IMG/VR virus record: IMGVR_UViG_3300032322_001765
Location: 62,001 to 126,000 of that record
DNA length: 64,000 nt
Reading direction: 5' to 3' (one strand)
The first letter of the stretch is position 1. The number at the start of each line of letters is the position of its first letter. The notes under the pieces were generated by a model. The model searched no databases. It saw only the letters and a program-made list of their open reading frames with translations, and was not told the DNA's origin. Both the position numbers and the translations under genes were made by a program. Shown piece by piece: positions 1 to 9,684 of this stretch.

Positions 1-783
1 GTAATTGTGGCTACAACTTGGACAAGTAAATGCTAAAGGTTTAGCTTCAGTTGTTTTTCTTAGATTAATACTTTGGTCTTTGATGTTATCATATTCTTTC
101 TTTGGTATATTTTCTAAGAACTCTTTTATGTACTCTTTTTCAATGACTACGCTTTCAGGAGTTTTGACATATTCTACAATTTCTAATATCAATTCTGTTG
201 CAATCTCATTCATTTCTTTTACCAACTCAGACATTTTATTTTCTTTGTCAGCACCTTCTTCCATTTTTGATATTATTCCATATGCTCTTTGTAAGTCAAA
301 TTGTTTTTGACTGTTCTCATTTACTTTTGTATATGTCAATGGTTTAAATTTTATTTGCACATCGTTGTACACTGGATAAAGTTTGTTATAATCCCCTGGA
401 CTGAATTCATTAAGCATTCCAGTTAAATTTACATCGTATTTGGCGTCGTGATTGCAATTTGGGCATACAGTTAAAATTTCCATAGTAGACCCATTAGTTG
501 CAATTTTAATTGCTAGAAGAATAGGATCTAAATCAATTTGTAGTAATTGCCATGGGTCTTTGATATTTGGTGCGCAACTGTGAATAATTTCAACTACTGC
601 TTGGCCATTAAAAAGTGCATCTGGTGTGCGTGTGGTAATTTCGTCTAATGCAGTCATGGGAAAAATTGGTATCTCCCCTGACTCCGGTAAATCAATGGCA
701 TTTTCTTTATATCCTATGCCTTTGCTAGGTAATTTCAAATATAATGCAGGTTTACGAAAATAACTTTTTAGTGGGTTAGACAT
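1..783 (-). CDS. gp26: T4 gp26-like baseplate hub subunit (3' end runs off window)
   Basis: Not in the ORF track because it is truncated. My translation from ATG at 783 is MSNPLKSYFRKPALYLKLPSKG...EIPIFPMTALDEITTRTPDALFNGQAVVEIIHSCAP...CPNC...CPSC. The frame is open to base 1 and a GGAG SD lies upstream. The LxLPS/PMTxxDE/PDALxNG pattern and two CxxC motifs resemble gp26-family hub proteins of T4-like phages. Confidence 0.75.
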   Translation of the reverse strand, partial: MSNPLKSYFRKPALYLKLPSKGIGYKENAIDLPESGEIPIFPMTALDEITTRTPDALFNGQAVVEIIHSCAPNIKDPWQLLQIDLDPILLAIKIATNGSTMEILTVCPNCNHDAKYDVNLTGMLNEFSPGDYNKLYPVYNDVQIKFKPLTYTKVNENSQKQFDLQRAYGIISKMEEGADKENKMSELVKEMNEIATELILEIVEYVKTPESVVIEKEYIKEFLENIPKKEYDNIKDQSINLRKTTEAKPLAFTCPSCSHNY

Positions 784-814
784 TTTTTCTCCAAAATTTG
801 ACAGTAATTTTTCA

Positions 815-835
815 ACTAAATACAAGATATTTATA
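815..835. promoter_or_regulatory. Back-to-back T4-type late promoters (ACTAAATA on +, TATAAATA on -)
   Basis: ACTAAATA at 815-822 precedes the 847 gene. TATTTATA at 828-835 (TATAAATA on the minus strand) precedes the gp26-like gene. Both lie in a 63-bp divergent spacer. Confidence 0.65.
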
Positions 836-846
836 GGTAAAATATT

Positions 847-3585
847 ATGGCTGAAATTAACGACGAAAGACTAGAACGGTTCTTCGAACTCATTGGAGAT
901 ATCAATGAAGCCCTTACAGTTGAGGAGCGTGAAAAGAAACGTTTACAGAAAGAAGCGGATGAGCGAAGGGCAAAAGTAGTTACTTTGTTCAAGGGATTGG
1001 GAGATAGTCTTTCTAATTTTGGTAAAGCAATTTCAAATTCAGACCAAGGATTTTCAAAATTTAGTGGCAGCGTTAATGCAACTACGGATGCAGTAGCAGG
1101 ATTCGCCTCAAATATGGGACCAGCTGGAAAGGCTGTTGCGGCATTAACTAAAGTTATTGGCGGGTTAGTAACTTTAAGTTTTGAGCAAAATGACAAATTG
1201 CTTAAAGCTTACCAAGGCTTGAGTAGAATGGGTAGTGTAACTACTGGGGGATTAGAAGAACTTCAAAGTAGGATGAATAAAATGGGTTACACAAGTGAAA
1301 AGGATTATGAAAAATTCCTTGAAGTGCTGAAACCTGTTACCAAAGAAATGGCATTGCTTGGTGGGTCTGTAACATTTGGTCGAGATAAACTAGAGCAAAT
1401 TTTTCAAGGTTTTATATCATCAGATAATCAACGTGAAGCTGCCTTAAAAAGATTAGGATATACAACAGAAGAATATCAAGCCGGTATCGCAGAATACCTA
1501 CAACTGCAAACACGATTAGGTATTGCACAAACTAAAACGGTTAAAGATTTAGATAAAGAAGCATTTAAATATCTTAGAACAATTAAAGATTTAGAAGAAA
1601 TTACAGGTTTAACACGTGATGAACAAGCTAAGGCAAGAGAAAAACTTATGTCTGATGCACGTGCGGATCTATATTATACAAAACTTCAACAAGAAAATAG
1701 AGGCAAAGAAGCAGACAACTTTATGAACTTTATGGTATCTTTCAATGAAAGATACGGCGATGAAGCTGCTCAAGGTCTGCAAGACCTATTAATGAATCAA
1801 GGCAGAATAACAACTGATGCCGCCGCCGCAATATTCCAAGCAGCCCCTAATGCTTATCAAGAAGCACTTAAGGCGATGGATAAAGGTTCAGATTATTTTA
1901 ATGTTGCTATGAAAAATATCGGTCAGTCCGGTATGAATAGAGTTAAGCAACTTGAAGGCACGTTTATGCTTCAAGAAAATGTCTTAAAAGATATGGGGTT
2001 AAACAATAAATTTGTAATAGGGTCTATGAAGTCTATGGGCATTAACACAGATGCAGCAGCAAAACGTAGAGCAGCACTTAATAATATTGAAAAGAAAAAC
2101 GGGGATATGTTAGAAGATAACATTAAAACCGAACAGCAAATGAGAACTATGAGAATGCTAGCTGATAATATGTTGATTGAAATTACTAAGCTAGTTACTA
2201 AAGCATTCGCATATTTGGTTAAAATTACCTATAAATTAGTCAAATCATTTGCCAAAGCCACCGACTGGTTTATGGGTTTAATCGGCAAAAAAACTAACTT
2301 TGCAGCAGCATTTAGGGATGAAGAGGACATTGTAGAAGACCTTAAAGCAAGCAATGATATTATTTTGGCTAAAGAAAAAATCATATCAGAAAAAGAAAAG
2401 CAACTAGCACAAGTAAAAGAAGGTAAAAAAGTTGGATATGAAGCGGTACAAGATACATTTACCGAAGAAAGAAGTCTATTTGACAGATTGAGTCGTGCAA
2501 AAACAGATGCAGAAAAAGATGAAATTAAAAAACTAATTGAATATAATTATAAATTACGAACTTTTTATCAAGACTTTGTTAATAAAAATGCTAAAGAACA
2601 AAAAGAAATTTTAGAAAAAGATTTAGAAAATGAAAAAAAATTACTAGATGCTCAGAAAAAGAAAAGTGAAGATTTAAAAAAAGAAAAAGTTAAAATTATT
2701 GATCAAGAAAAACAGTTAGATAGGTATGTTACAGGCGATTTAACAGTTGAGGGCGGGCAATTGCCTTCCACTGCAGTGGGAGGAAAGGAAAAAGAAAAAT
2801 TAGGTTACAATGCGGCAGGACAAAGAGTAGATGAAGCTACTATGAAAAAACGCACATCAGCCGCAGAAGGATTAAAACTTACTACAAAAACTGAAGCAAA
2901 AGATATTATAGAAAGGCTAAACAAAAAAGGTTCTTTTGGTACTCAAAAACAATTTGAAGAAAGAATTGGGGGAGGTGATGCAGACCCGGCTTTAGTATCA
3001 TTAGCGGATAAAATTATATCAAGATTTGGTGGGACAATAACTGCGCTCAACGACAAATATCATTGGAAAAAATATGATCCAAAAACAGGTAAAGATTATA
3101 GTAGACACTTAGAAGGTAAGGCTCTTGACTTTGTATTACCTTTTCAACCTACAAAAGAAGATATTCAGAGAATACGTGAAGAACTAAAAGATTTGGGAGC
3201 CAGCAGAGTACATGATGAATATTTTGAAGATACGTCTGGATCTGGTAGACATCTGCACGTTGAAGTGGCTAAGTATGGTGGACTGTTTAGTGGACCTGAC
3301 AAGGGATATCCAGTAATGTTGCATGGAAAAAATGAAAGCGCATGGCCAGAAGCTCAACTAAAATCTTTGTTGAAAGATGTACAAAAAAGTAGTTTAGCAC
3401 AGTACAAAAATCAATTAATGAGTGAAATGGGTTTATCAACATCTACCACTGATATGGGTACAGGAACAGATAACAAATTAGTCTCTGCATTTACTAATTT
3501 TTCAAATAAATTAGACGATGTTATTAATCGTCTAGAAAGGTCTAATAGTATACAGGATGAATTATTAACGTACACTAGAGCCTAA
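847..3585 (+). CDS. Tape-measure / baseplate-hub (gp29-like) protein with C-terminal M15-type Zn peptidase domain
   Basis: 912 aa with a long helical, charged coiled-coil region. H-x6-D (SRHLEGKALDF) and HxH (GRHLHVE) motifs lie at ~3100-3270, followed by a GGxxxGPxxGYxxxLHG tail typical of tape-measure-like proteins. Divergent from the gp26-like gene. Confidence 0.6.
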   Translation: MAEINDERLERFFELIGDINEALTVEEREKKRLQKEADERRAKVVTLFKGLGDSLSNFGKAISNSDQGFSKFSGSVNATTDAVAGFASNMGPAGKAVAALTKVIGGLVTLSFEQNDKLLKAYQGLSRMGSVTTGGLEELQSRMNKMGYTSEKDYEKFLEVLKPVTKEMALLGGSVTFGRDKLEQIFQGFISSDNQREAALKRLGYTTEEYQAGIAEYLQLQTRLGIAQTKTVKDLDKEAFKYLRTIKDLEEITGLTRDEQAKAREKLMSDARADLYYTKLQQENRGKEADNFMNFMVSFNERYGDEAAQGLQDLLMNQGRITTDAAAAIFQAAPNAYQEALKAMDKGSDYFNVAMKNIGQSGMNRVKQLEGTFMLQENVLKDMGLNNKFVIGSMKSMGINTDAAAKRRAALNNIEKKNGDMLEDNIKTEQQMRTMRMLADNMLIEITKLVTKAFAYLVKITYKLVKSFAKATDWFMGLIGKKTNFAAAFRDEEDIVEDLKASNDIILAKEKIISEKEKQLAQVKEGKKVGYEAVQDTFTEERSLFDRLSRAKTDAEKDEIKKLIEYNYKLRTFYQDFVNKNAKEQKEILEKDLENEKKLLDAQKKKSEDLKKEKVKIIDQEKQLDRYVTGDLTVEGGQLPSTAVGGKEKEKLGYNAAGQRVDEATMKKRTSAAEGLKLTTKTEAKDIIERLNKKGSFGTQKQFEERIGGGDADPALVSLADKIISRFGGTITALNDKYHWKKYDPKTGKDYSRHLEGKALDFVLPFQPTKEDIQRIREELKDLGASRVHDEYFEDTSGSGRHLHVEVAKYGGLFSGPDKGYPVMLHGKNESAWPEAQLKSLLKDVQKSSLAQYKNQLMSEMGLSTSTTDMGTGTDNKLVSAFTNFSNKLDDVINRLERSNSIQDELLTYTRA

Positions 3586-3587
3586 TA

Positions 3588-3595
3588 GATAAATA
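3588..3595 (+). promoter_or_regulatory. Late-promoter-like GATAAATA
   Basis: Motif immediately upstream of the portal ATG; the same octamer occurs at 5383 and 9647. Confidence 0.55.
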
Positions 3596-3601
3596 TAAAT
3601 C

Positions 3602-5380
3602 ATGTCATATAAAAAGCGTTTTACTAATTTAACAGGTCAACTAAGTCCCATATCCGGTGGTAACAGTAATATTGGTGCATGGAACGGTGCTGGTTATAAT
3701 CAAACACCTACAGGTGGTTGGAACAATGATCAATTTGGGTATAAAAATTATCAAAGCCGTTTACCAGAAGTTTATACAGGGCATCCTAATCGCATCGAAC
3801 GATATAACCAATATGAAATGATGGATGTAGACGCAGAAATTAATGCGTGTTTAGATATAATTGCTGAGTTTAGCACACAGAAAAATTTACAGAATAATAC
3901 CCCTTTTGAAATAGAATTTCGTGACGATCCTACCCCACATGAAGTTGACTTAATTAAGAAGCAATTACAACAATGGTGCAAATTAAATGAATTTGATACC
4001 AGAGCATTTAAAATTTTTAGAAATACAATCAAGTACGGAGATCAAGTTTTTATAAGAGATCCCGAAAATTTTAAATTATATTGGGTAGACATGACCAAAG
4101 TTAGCAAAGTAATTGTTAACGAAAGTGAAGGTAAAAAACCTGAACAATATGTCGTAAAAGATATTAATCCAAACTTACAAAACTTAAGTATAGCAGAAAA
4201 AACGACAACAGATTTTCAAGCACAACCACCAACTGCTGGATATTCAGCGCCCTATAGTTATACAGTCCCTAACGAACCATATGGTACGACTGGTAGCAGA
4301 TTCAGTTTAGGGTTGAATGAAGCCGCAATTGATGCTAAACATATTGTGCATTTAAGCTTAACCGAAGGGCTAGATCGTTACTGGCCTTTTGGTCAGAGCA
4401 TACTTGAAAACATTTTCAAAGTCTACAAGCAAAAAGAATTATTAGAAGATGCAATATTAATATATCGTATTAGTCGTGCGCCCGAACGTAGAGTTTTTAA
4501 AATTGATGTTGGTAACATGCCAAGTCATATGGCCATGGCTTTTATCGAAAGAATTAAAAACGAAATACATCAACGTAGAATACCAAGTGTACAGGGTGGT
4601 CAATCTGTACTAGATGCTACCTATAATCCATTAAGTATTAACGAAGATTACTTTTTCCCAGTTACTGAGGGAGGCAGAGGTAGTGATGTAACTACATTGC
4701 AAGGTGGACAAAACTTAGGTGAAATTGACGATTTACGTTATTTTAATAATAGATTAGCACGTGGTTTACGTGTACCAAGTAGTTATTTGCCTACTGGGCC
4801 TGAAGATAATCCTACACCACTTAGTGATGGTCGTGTTGGTACAGCTATGATTCAGGAATTTAGATTTAACGAATATTGCAAACGTTTACAAAACTATATT
4901 AGTCAAAAATTAAATGACGAATTTAAACTCTTTATGAGATGGCGTGGACTTAATATCGATTCTAGTTTATTTGATATTAAGTTTGGAGCCCCGCAAAACT
5001 TTGCTGCTTACAGACAAAGTGAATTAGATACCGCTAGAGTAACTGTTTTTCAAACAATGGAAGCATTTCCGTATATTAGTAAACGATTTGCAATGCAACG
5101 TTTCTTAGGATTAACCGAAGAAGAAATAGAAGAAAATAGCAGACTTTGGTTTGAAGAAAGAGAAAAACCAGAAGACCAAGAAGCGTCAGGTGGTGACTTA
5201 AGAAGTATTGGTATTAGTGCAGGTGACCTTGAATCTGATACTGAAACCGCAGAAAATCTACCTAATGAGGAAGAACAAATGGGGCAAATGCCTCCGGAAA
5301 TAGGACCTGCAGTTGCTGGTCCAGAAGCAGCACCGGCAGCCGGTGGCGGTGCACCTCCTCCCCCGCCTCCTCCGGTATAA
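3602..5380 (+). CDS. gp20: Portal vertex protein, T4 gp20 family
   Basis: 592 aa. Contains LLEDAILIYRISRAPERRVFKIDVGNMP, EDYFFP..GGRGSDVTTLQGGQNLGEIDDLRYF and LRVPSS, which are hallmark gp20 motifs. Lies upstream of the protease, scaffold and capsid genes. Confidence 0.96.
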   Translation: MSYKKRFTNLTGQLSPISGGNSNIGAWNGAGYNQTPTGGWNNDQFGYKNYQSRLPEVYTGHPNRIERYNQYEMMDVDAEINACLDIIAEFSTQKNLQNNTPFEIEFRDDPTPHEVDLIKKQLQQWCKLNEFDTRAFKIFRNTIKYGDQVFIRDPENFKLYWVDMTKVSKVIVNESEGKKPEQYVVKDINPNLQNLSIAEKTTTDFQAQPPTAGYSAPYSYTVPNEPYGTTGSRFSLGLNEAAIDAKHIVHLSLTEGLDRYWPFGQSILENIFKVYKQKELLEDAILIYRISRAPERRVFKIDVGNMPSHMAMAFIERIKNEIHQRRIPSVQGGQSVLDATYNPLSINEDYFFPVTEGGRGSDVTTLQGGQNLGEIDDLRYFNNRLARGLRVPSSYLPTGPEDNPTPLSDGRVGTAMIQEFRFNEYCKRLQNYISQKLNDEFKLFMRWRGLNIDSSLFDIKFGAPQNFAAYRQSELDTARVTVFQTMEAFPYISKRFAMQRFLGLTEEEIEENSRLWFEEREKPEDQEASGGDLRSIGISAGDLESDTETAENLPNEEEQMGQMPPEIGPAVAGPEAAPAAGGGAPPPPPPPV

Positions 5381-5382
5381 AA

Positions 5383-5390
5383 GATAAATA
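5383..5390 (+). promoter_or_regulatory. Late-promoter-like GATAAATA
   Basis: Lies between the portal stop and the 5396 ATG. Confidence 0.5.
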
Positions 5391-5395
5391 TCTTT

Positions 5396-5620
5396 ATGAA
5401 GTTATTTGAAATGTACGATGCCCCTGTCCAAGGATACCAAGATCCCGCAGAAGATCAAAGTAAATATAAATGGACAGAAACTAGAAAAACCAAACTTACG
5501 CTAAGACAGATACGTAAGTTGCGTAAAATGCTGGATGTTCGTAATTATGAACAAGCCAAAAATCTCAAAAAAATCCGCAAGCAGTACACCCCCGCACAGC
5601 CTGAAACCCCAGGATTATAA
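5396..5620 (+). CDS. Small basic head-module protein (prohead core-associated, positional)
   Basis: 74 aa with an MKLFE start and a basic LTLRQIRKLRKM helix. Sits between the portal and core genes. Confidence 0.6.
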   Translation: MKLFEMYDAPVQGYQDPAEDQSKYKWTETRKTKLTLRQIRKLRKMLDVRNYEQAKNLKKIRKQYTPAQPETPGL

Positions 5621-5679
5621 TTTATTTGTAACAAAAGTGTAAAAAAATAGCACTTATTACAGTGTTTTATAGTATATTG

Positions 5680-5687
5680 TGTAAATA
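5680..5687 (+). promoter_or_regulatory. Late-promoter-like TGTAAATA
   Basis: TAAATA core about 35 nt upstream of the AGGAG-preceded ATG at 5722. Confidence 0.4.
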
Positions 5688-5721
5688 TACTACAAGCCAT
5701 TTTTTATCAGGAGAAAAAACA

Positions 5722-6558
5722 ATGGATAACAAAAAATTTGAACAGCTTATTGATTTGATTATCAATGAGGACGAAGAAAAAGCACGTGCATTATTTCACG
5801 ATATTGTTGTAGAAAAAAGTCGTGAAATTTATGAACACATGATGATGGATGAAGAAATGGTCGATAGTCCTGTAGAAGGTCTATTAGACGAAATTTCTGC
5901 CGAAGAAGAAGGCATGACCGAAGAAGATGAAGAAATGGTTGACATCGATGTTGACGACGGCATGGGCGACGAAGGCGAAATAGATATGGATTCTGACGAC
6001 ATGGGAGATGAAGAATCAGAAGGTGATTTGGAAGACCGTGTTGTTGATTTAGAAGATAAGCTCGATGAATTAATGGCTGAGTTTGAAGAACTAATGGGTC
6101 AAAGTGATGACGATATGGGTTCTGATGATGAAGAAATGATGGAAGCATCAGAAGATGATGAAGAATCACTTGAAGAAGCCAAAGAAGAAGATGATGATGA
6201 AGAAGAAACATTAGAAGAAGCTGTTCAGTTACAGAAAGTTTCTGTAACACATGGTGACAATGGTCAAAATACCAAAAGCCCAGTAAGCGGTGGACCTAAA
6301 GTTTCTGGTAACGGCGCAAGCGCAGCTAACTTGAACAAAGGTGGCGACGGTGGTAAAGGTGGTACACAGGGTGGTTTGTTAAATCCTGCTACTAAAGATT
6401 TACCAGGCGCAGGATCATTTAAAAACGCACCTGGTGCAGGAAAGTTTAATGAAAAGGGTGAGGCAGCACCAAAGCCAAAGCATGGTGATGACGGCTCAAA
6501 TTCAAAAAGCCCTGTAGCAGAAAGCAAAAAGATTGTAAAGAAAATCATTAAGAAGTAA
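5722..6558 (+). CDS. Acidic prohead core/scaffold-like protein (position of T4 gp67/gp68)
   Basis: Start moved from 5662 to ATG 5722 because of the AGGAG SD at 5709-5713. Helical N-terminus, very D/E-rich centre, G/K-rich C-terminus. Directly upstream of the prohead protease. Confidence 0.7.
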   Translation: MDNKKFEQLIDLIINEDEEKARALFHDIVVEKSREIYEHMMMDEEMVDSPVEGLLDEISAEEEGMTEEDEEMVDIDVDDGMGDEGEIDMDSDDMGDEESEGDLEDRVVDLEDKLDELMAEFEELMGQSDDDMGSDDEEMMEASEDDEESLEEAKEEDDDEEETLEEAVQLQKVSVTHGDNGQNTKSPVSGGPKVSGNGASAANLNKGGDGGKGGTQGGLLNPATKDLPGAGSFKNAPGAGKFNEKGEAAPKPKHGDDGSNSKSPVAESKKIVKKIIKK

Positions 6559-6574
6559 TTAGGACCTGAAAATA

Positions 6575-7207
6575 ATGGCTGCATACCTAAAAGAAAACCT
6601 AACTTTCGACCGCGCTCAAATGGTGGTCGAAAGTGAAGGTGAGGGTAATAAAAAGAGTCTTTTTATGAAAGGCATTTTTATTCAGGGAGGTGTACGTAAT
6701 GCAAATGAACGTGTATACCCTGTTAATGAAATAGAAAAAGCTGTTGTAACACTTAATGAACAGATAGGCGAAGGTCTTTCTGTGTTAGGTGAAGTAGATC
6801 ATCCAGATGATTTAAAAATTAATTTAGATCGTGTTAGTCACATGATTACAAACATGTGGATGGATGGTGCTAATGGGTTTGGAAAGTTAAAGATTTTGCC
6901 TACTCCAATGGGAGAACTTGTTTCTACTATGTTACAGAGTGGTGTAAAGTTAGGTGTAAGTAGCAGAGGAAGCGGCAACGTAGATGATGCTACAGGTAAG
7001 GTAAGTGACTTTGAAATAGTCACTGTGGATATTGTCGCACAGCCTAGTGCGCCTAATGCATATCCAAAAGCAATTTATGAAGGTATGATGAATATGCGTC
7101 ATGGTCATAAAATGTTGGATATCGCTAAAGATGCACAAAACGACAAGAAAGTACAGAGATACCTGAAGGACGAAGTGGTTCGTCTTATCAAGGATCTCAA
7201 ACTATAA
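6575..7207 (+). CDS. gp21: Prohead maturation protease, T4 gp21 family
   Basis: Contains NANERVYP, LGEVDHP (His), GVSSRG (Ser) and VDIVAQPSAPNAY (Asp), matching the gp21 catalytic-triad motifs. Confidence 0.95.
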   Translation: MAAYLKENLTFDRAQMVVESEGEGNKKSLFMKGIFIQGGVRNANERVYPVNEIEKAVVTLNEQIGEGLSVLGEVDHPDDLKINLDRVSHMITNMWMDGANGFGKLKILPTPMGELVSTMLQSGVKLGVSSRGSGNVDDATGKVSDFEIVTVDIVAQPSAPNAYPKAIYEGMMNMRHGHKMLDIAKDAQNDKKVQRYLKDEVVRLIKDLKL

Positions 7208-7219
7208 GGGGAATTAAGC

Positions 7220-8323
7220 ATGTTTGATGCTATTAAACCATTGCTAGAATCTGGCATCATTAACGAAGAAACCAGCCAAGCTATAAACGAAGCCTGGGAA
7301 TCTAAGTTATTTGAAGCCCGTGAGCAAATTCGTGGAGAACTGCGTGATGAGTTTGCACAGCGTTATGAACACGACAAAAATATAATGGTTGACGCCCTTG
7401 ACAAAATGGTAACAGAAGGTTTATCAGCAGAAATTGAAGAATTTAATGCTGAAAGACAGGCAATGAACGAAGACCGCGTAAAAGCAAAACAAAAGCTACG
7501 TGAAAACGCAGCTAAGTTCAATAATTTTATGGTTGAAAAACTAGCAGAAGAAATTAAAGAACTACGTTCTGAGCGCAAACTACAAGTAGAAAGTCAGCAA
7601 AAGCTAGAGCAATTTATTGTTCATGCTCTTGCACGTGAAATCAAAGAATTTGCACAAGACAAACAAGCTGTAGTTGAAGCTAAGGTCAAGTTAGTTGCTG
7701 AAGGCCGTAAGCAACTCGAAGCACTAAAGGCAAAATTTGTTAGTGAAAGTGCTAAGAGACTTAATGTTGCTGTTGCGTCACAATTAAAAGGTGAAATAAG
7801 TCAACTAAAAGAAGATATCAAAATTGCACGTGAAAACGATTTTGGTCGTCGCATCTTTGAATCCTTTGCTAGTGAATATAGTGGAACTTATCTTAACGAT
7901 AAGGCAGAAACACGTAAACTACTAGTACAAATGGATGAGAAGGAACAGCAATTAGCTGAAAGTATTAAGCAAATGAATGAAGCTAAGAAATTAGTGGAAT
8001 CAAAAGAACGTGAAGTACGTATTATTAAAGAAAATAACCAACGTCAGAAGGTTATGGATGAATTACTTTCTACATTAAATGTAGAAAAGGCATCAATAAT
8101 GCGTGACTTACTAGAAAGCGTCCAAACACCTCGTCTACAGGTCGCTTTTGATAAATATCTCCCAAGTGTTTTGAATACAATTACAGAAAAGAAAGAGACT
8201 AAAAAACCTGTTCTTACTGAAAGTGTAAAAGAAATTACTGGGGATAAAACTGCCGTGACACAACATGTTGAAAGCGAAGAACGTGATAACGTTATTGAGC
8301 TTAGACGTTTGGCAGGGCTTTAA
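7220..8323 (+). CDS. gp22: Prohead core scaffold protein, T4 gp22-like
   Basis: 367-aa coiled-coil protein between the protease and capsid genes. N-terminal AINEAWE and C-terminal VLTES...LRRLAGL. Confidence 0.85.
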   Translation: MFDAIKPLLESGIINEETSQAINEAWESKLFEAREQIRGELRDEFAQRYEHDKNIMVDALDKMVTEGLSAEIEEFNAERQAMNEDRVKAKQKLRENAAKFNNFMVEKLAEEIKELRSERKLQVESQQKLEQFIVHALAREIKEFAQDKQAVVEAKVKLVAEGRKQLEALKAKFVSESAKRLNVAVASQLKGEISQLKEDIKIARENDFGRRIFESFASEYSGTYLNDKAETRKLLVQMDEKEQQLAESIKQMNEAKKLVESKEREVRIIKENNQRQKVMDELLSTLNVEKASIMRDLLESVQTPRLQVAFDKYLPSVLNTITEKKETKKPVLTESVKEITGDKTAVTQHVESEERDNVIELRRLAGL

Positions 8324-8354
8324 TATAAAGACATATAATTTAGGAGAAATATAA

Positions 8355-9557
8355 ATGTCACAAGTTCTATTAGAAAACCGTTGGGACGAGACCAAAGAAG
8401 CCCTACTTGAAGGTCTTAAAGGTACTCGCCGTTCAACAATGAGTGTTATCTTAGAAAATACTCGCAAGCAGTTACTTTCAGAAAGTTCTGCAGGTACAAC
8501 AACCGCTGGTAATATTGCTACACTAAACCGTGTAATTCTACCAGTTATTCGTCGTGTGATGCCAACAGTTATCGCTAACGAATTAGTCGGTGTTCAGCCA
8601 ATGACTGGCCCAGTTGGTCAGATTCATACACTACGTGTACGCTATGCACAGTCATTAACTGACAACAGCGCAGCAAACACAAGCGTAACAGCAGGTGAAG
8701 AAGCATTAAGCCCATTCAAGATTGCTCAAGCTTACTCACGTACACCAGGTGGTGCAGCTAACCCAACAGTAACAAGCTACACAGCTAATGATACTGCTGC
8801 AATGGAAGGCAATGGCGGTCGTCAAATCAGCGTACAAATCTTACGTCAGGCTGTTGAAGCTAAGTCACGTAAGTTACAAGCACGTTGGACATTTGAAGCA
8901 GCACAAGATGCACAAAGTCAGCATGGTATTGATGTTGAAGCAGAAATTATGGCAGCACTTGCTCAAGAAATTACTGCTGAAATTGATCAAGAAATTCTAT
9001 TAAGCCTATCAACATTGGCTTCAACTGAATTTACATTCAACCAAGCTACTGTATCTGGTACTGCTACATTCGTTGGTGACGAACATGCTGCTTTAGCAGT
9101 TCTAATCAATCGTGTTGCAAACTTGATCGCACAACGTACTCGTCGTGGTGCTGGTAACTGGGCAGTTGTTTCCCCAGCAGCATTAACCGTACTACAGAGT
9201 GCTACAACTTCTGCATTTGCACGTACAACAGAAGGTACATTCGAAGCTCCAACAAATACTAAGTTCGTTGGTACACTAAATGGCGCAATGCGTATTTTTG
9301 TTAATACATATGCACCAGATACACAACCAGTATTAGTTGGTTACAAAGGTTCAAGCGAAACGGATGCAGCAGCATTCTACTGCCCATATATTCCATTAAT
9401 GAGCAGCGGTGTTGTTCTAGATCCATCAACATTCGAACCAGTAGTTAGCTTTATGACTCGTTATGGTTATATCGAGTTAACAAATACAGCGTCATCATTC
9501 GGTAACGCTGCTGACTACTTAGGTGAGATTGCTGTTCAGAACCTAACATTCCAATAA
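8355..9557 (+). CDS. gp23: Major capsid protein, T4 gp23 family
   Basis: Contains RRVMPTVIANELVGVQPMTGP, AKSRKLQARWTFEAAQD, EITAEIDQE, FYCPYIPL and FMTRYG. AGGAG SD upstream. Confidence 0.98.
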   Translation: MSQVLLENRWDETKEALLEGLKGTRRSTMSVILENTRKQLLSESSAGTTTAGNIATLNRVILPVIRRVMPTVIANELVGVQPMTGPVGQIHTLRVRYAQSLTDNSAANTSVTAGEEALSPFKIAQAYSRTPGGAANPTVTSYTANDTAAMEGNGGRQISVQILRQAVEAKSRKLQARWTFEAAQDAQSQHGIDVEAEIMAALAQEITAEIDQEILLSLSTLASTEFTFNQATVSGTATFVGDEHAALAVLINRVANLIAQRTRRGAGNWAVVSPAALTVLQSATTSAFARTTEGTFEAPTNTKFVGTLNGAMRIFVNTYAPDTQPVLVGYKGSSETDAAAFYCPYIPLMSSGVVLDPSTFEPVVSFMTRYGYIELTNTASSFGNAADYLGEIAVQNLTFQ

Positions 9558-9582
9558 TTCTCAATCGGGATGGGAAAACATT

Positions 9583-9605
9583 AAACCGCCGAAAGGCGGT
9601 TTTTT
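9583..9605 (+). terminator. Rho-independent terminator after the capsid gene
   Basis: AAACCGCC-GAAA-GGCGGTTT hairpin with a GNRA loop, followed by a T run. Confidence 0.9.
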
Positions 9606-9646
9606 GTTACATACATTGAATGCCAAAACTACAATTGTTAAAAAAT

Positions 9647-9654
9647 GATAAATA
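9647..9654 (+). promoter_or_regulatory. Late-promoter-like GATAAATA opening the fibre cluster
   Basis: Just downstream of the terminator and upstream of the first fibre gene. Confidence 0.55.
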
Positions 9655-9684
9655 ACTAATAAAAGAAAATATTTGGAACCATAC

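Noticed and set aside
5-310. 101-aa plus-strand ORF in the track
   Set aside because: It is antisense to the convincing gp26-like gene (1-783, minus strand), which has an SD, a promoter motif and family motifs.
5281-5380. Poly-proline tail of the portal as a special signal
   Set aside because: Low-complexity acidic/Pro-rich C-termini are common and variable in gp20-family portals; nothing further supports a role.
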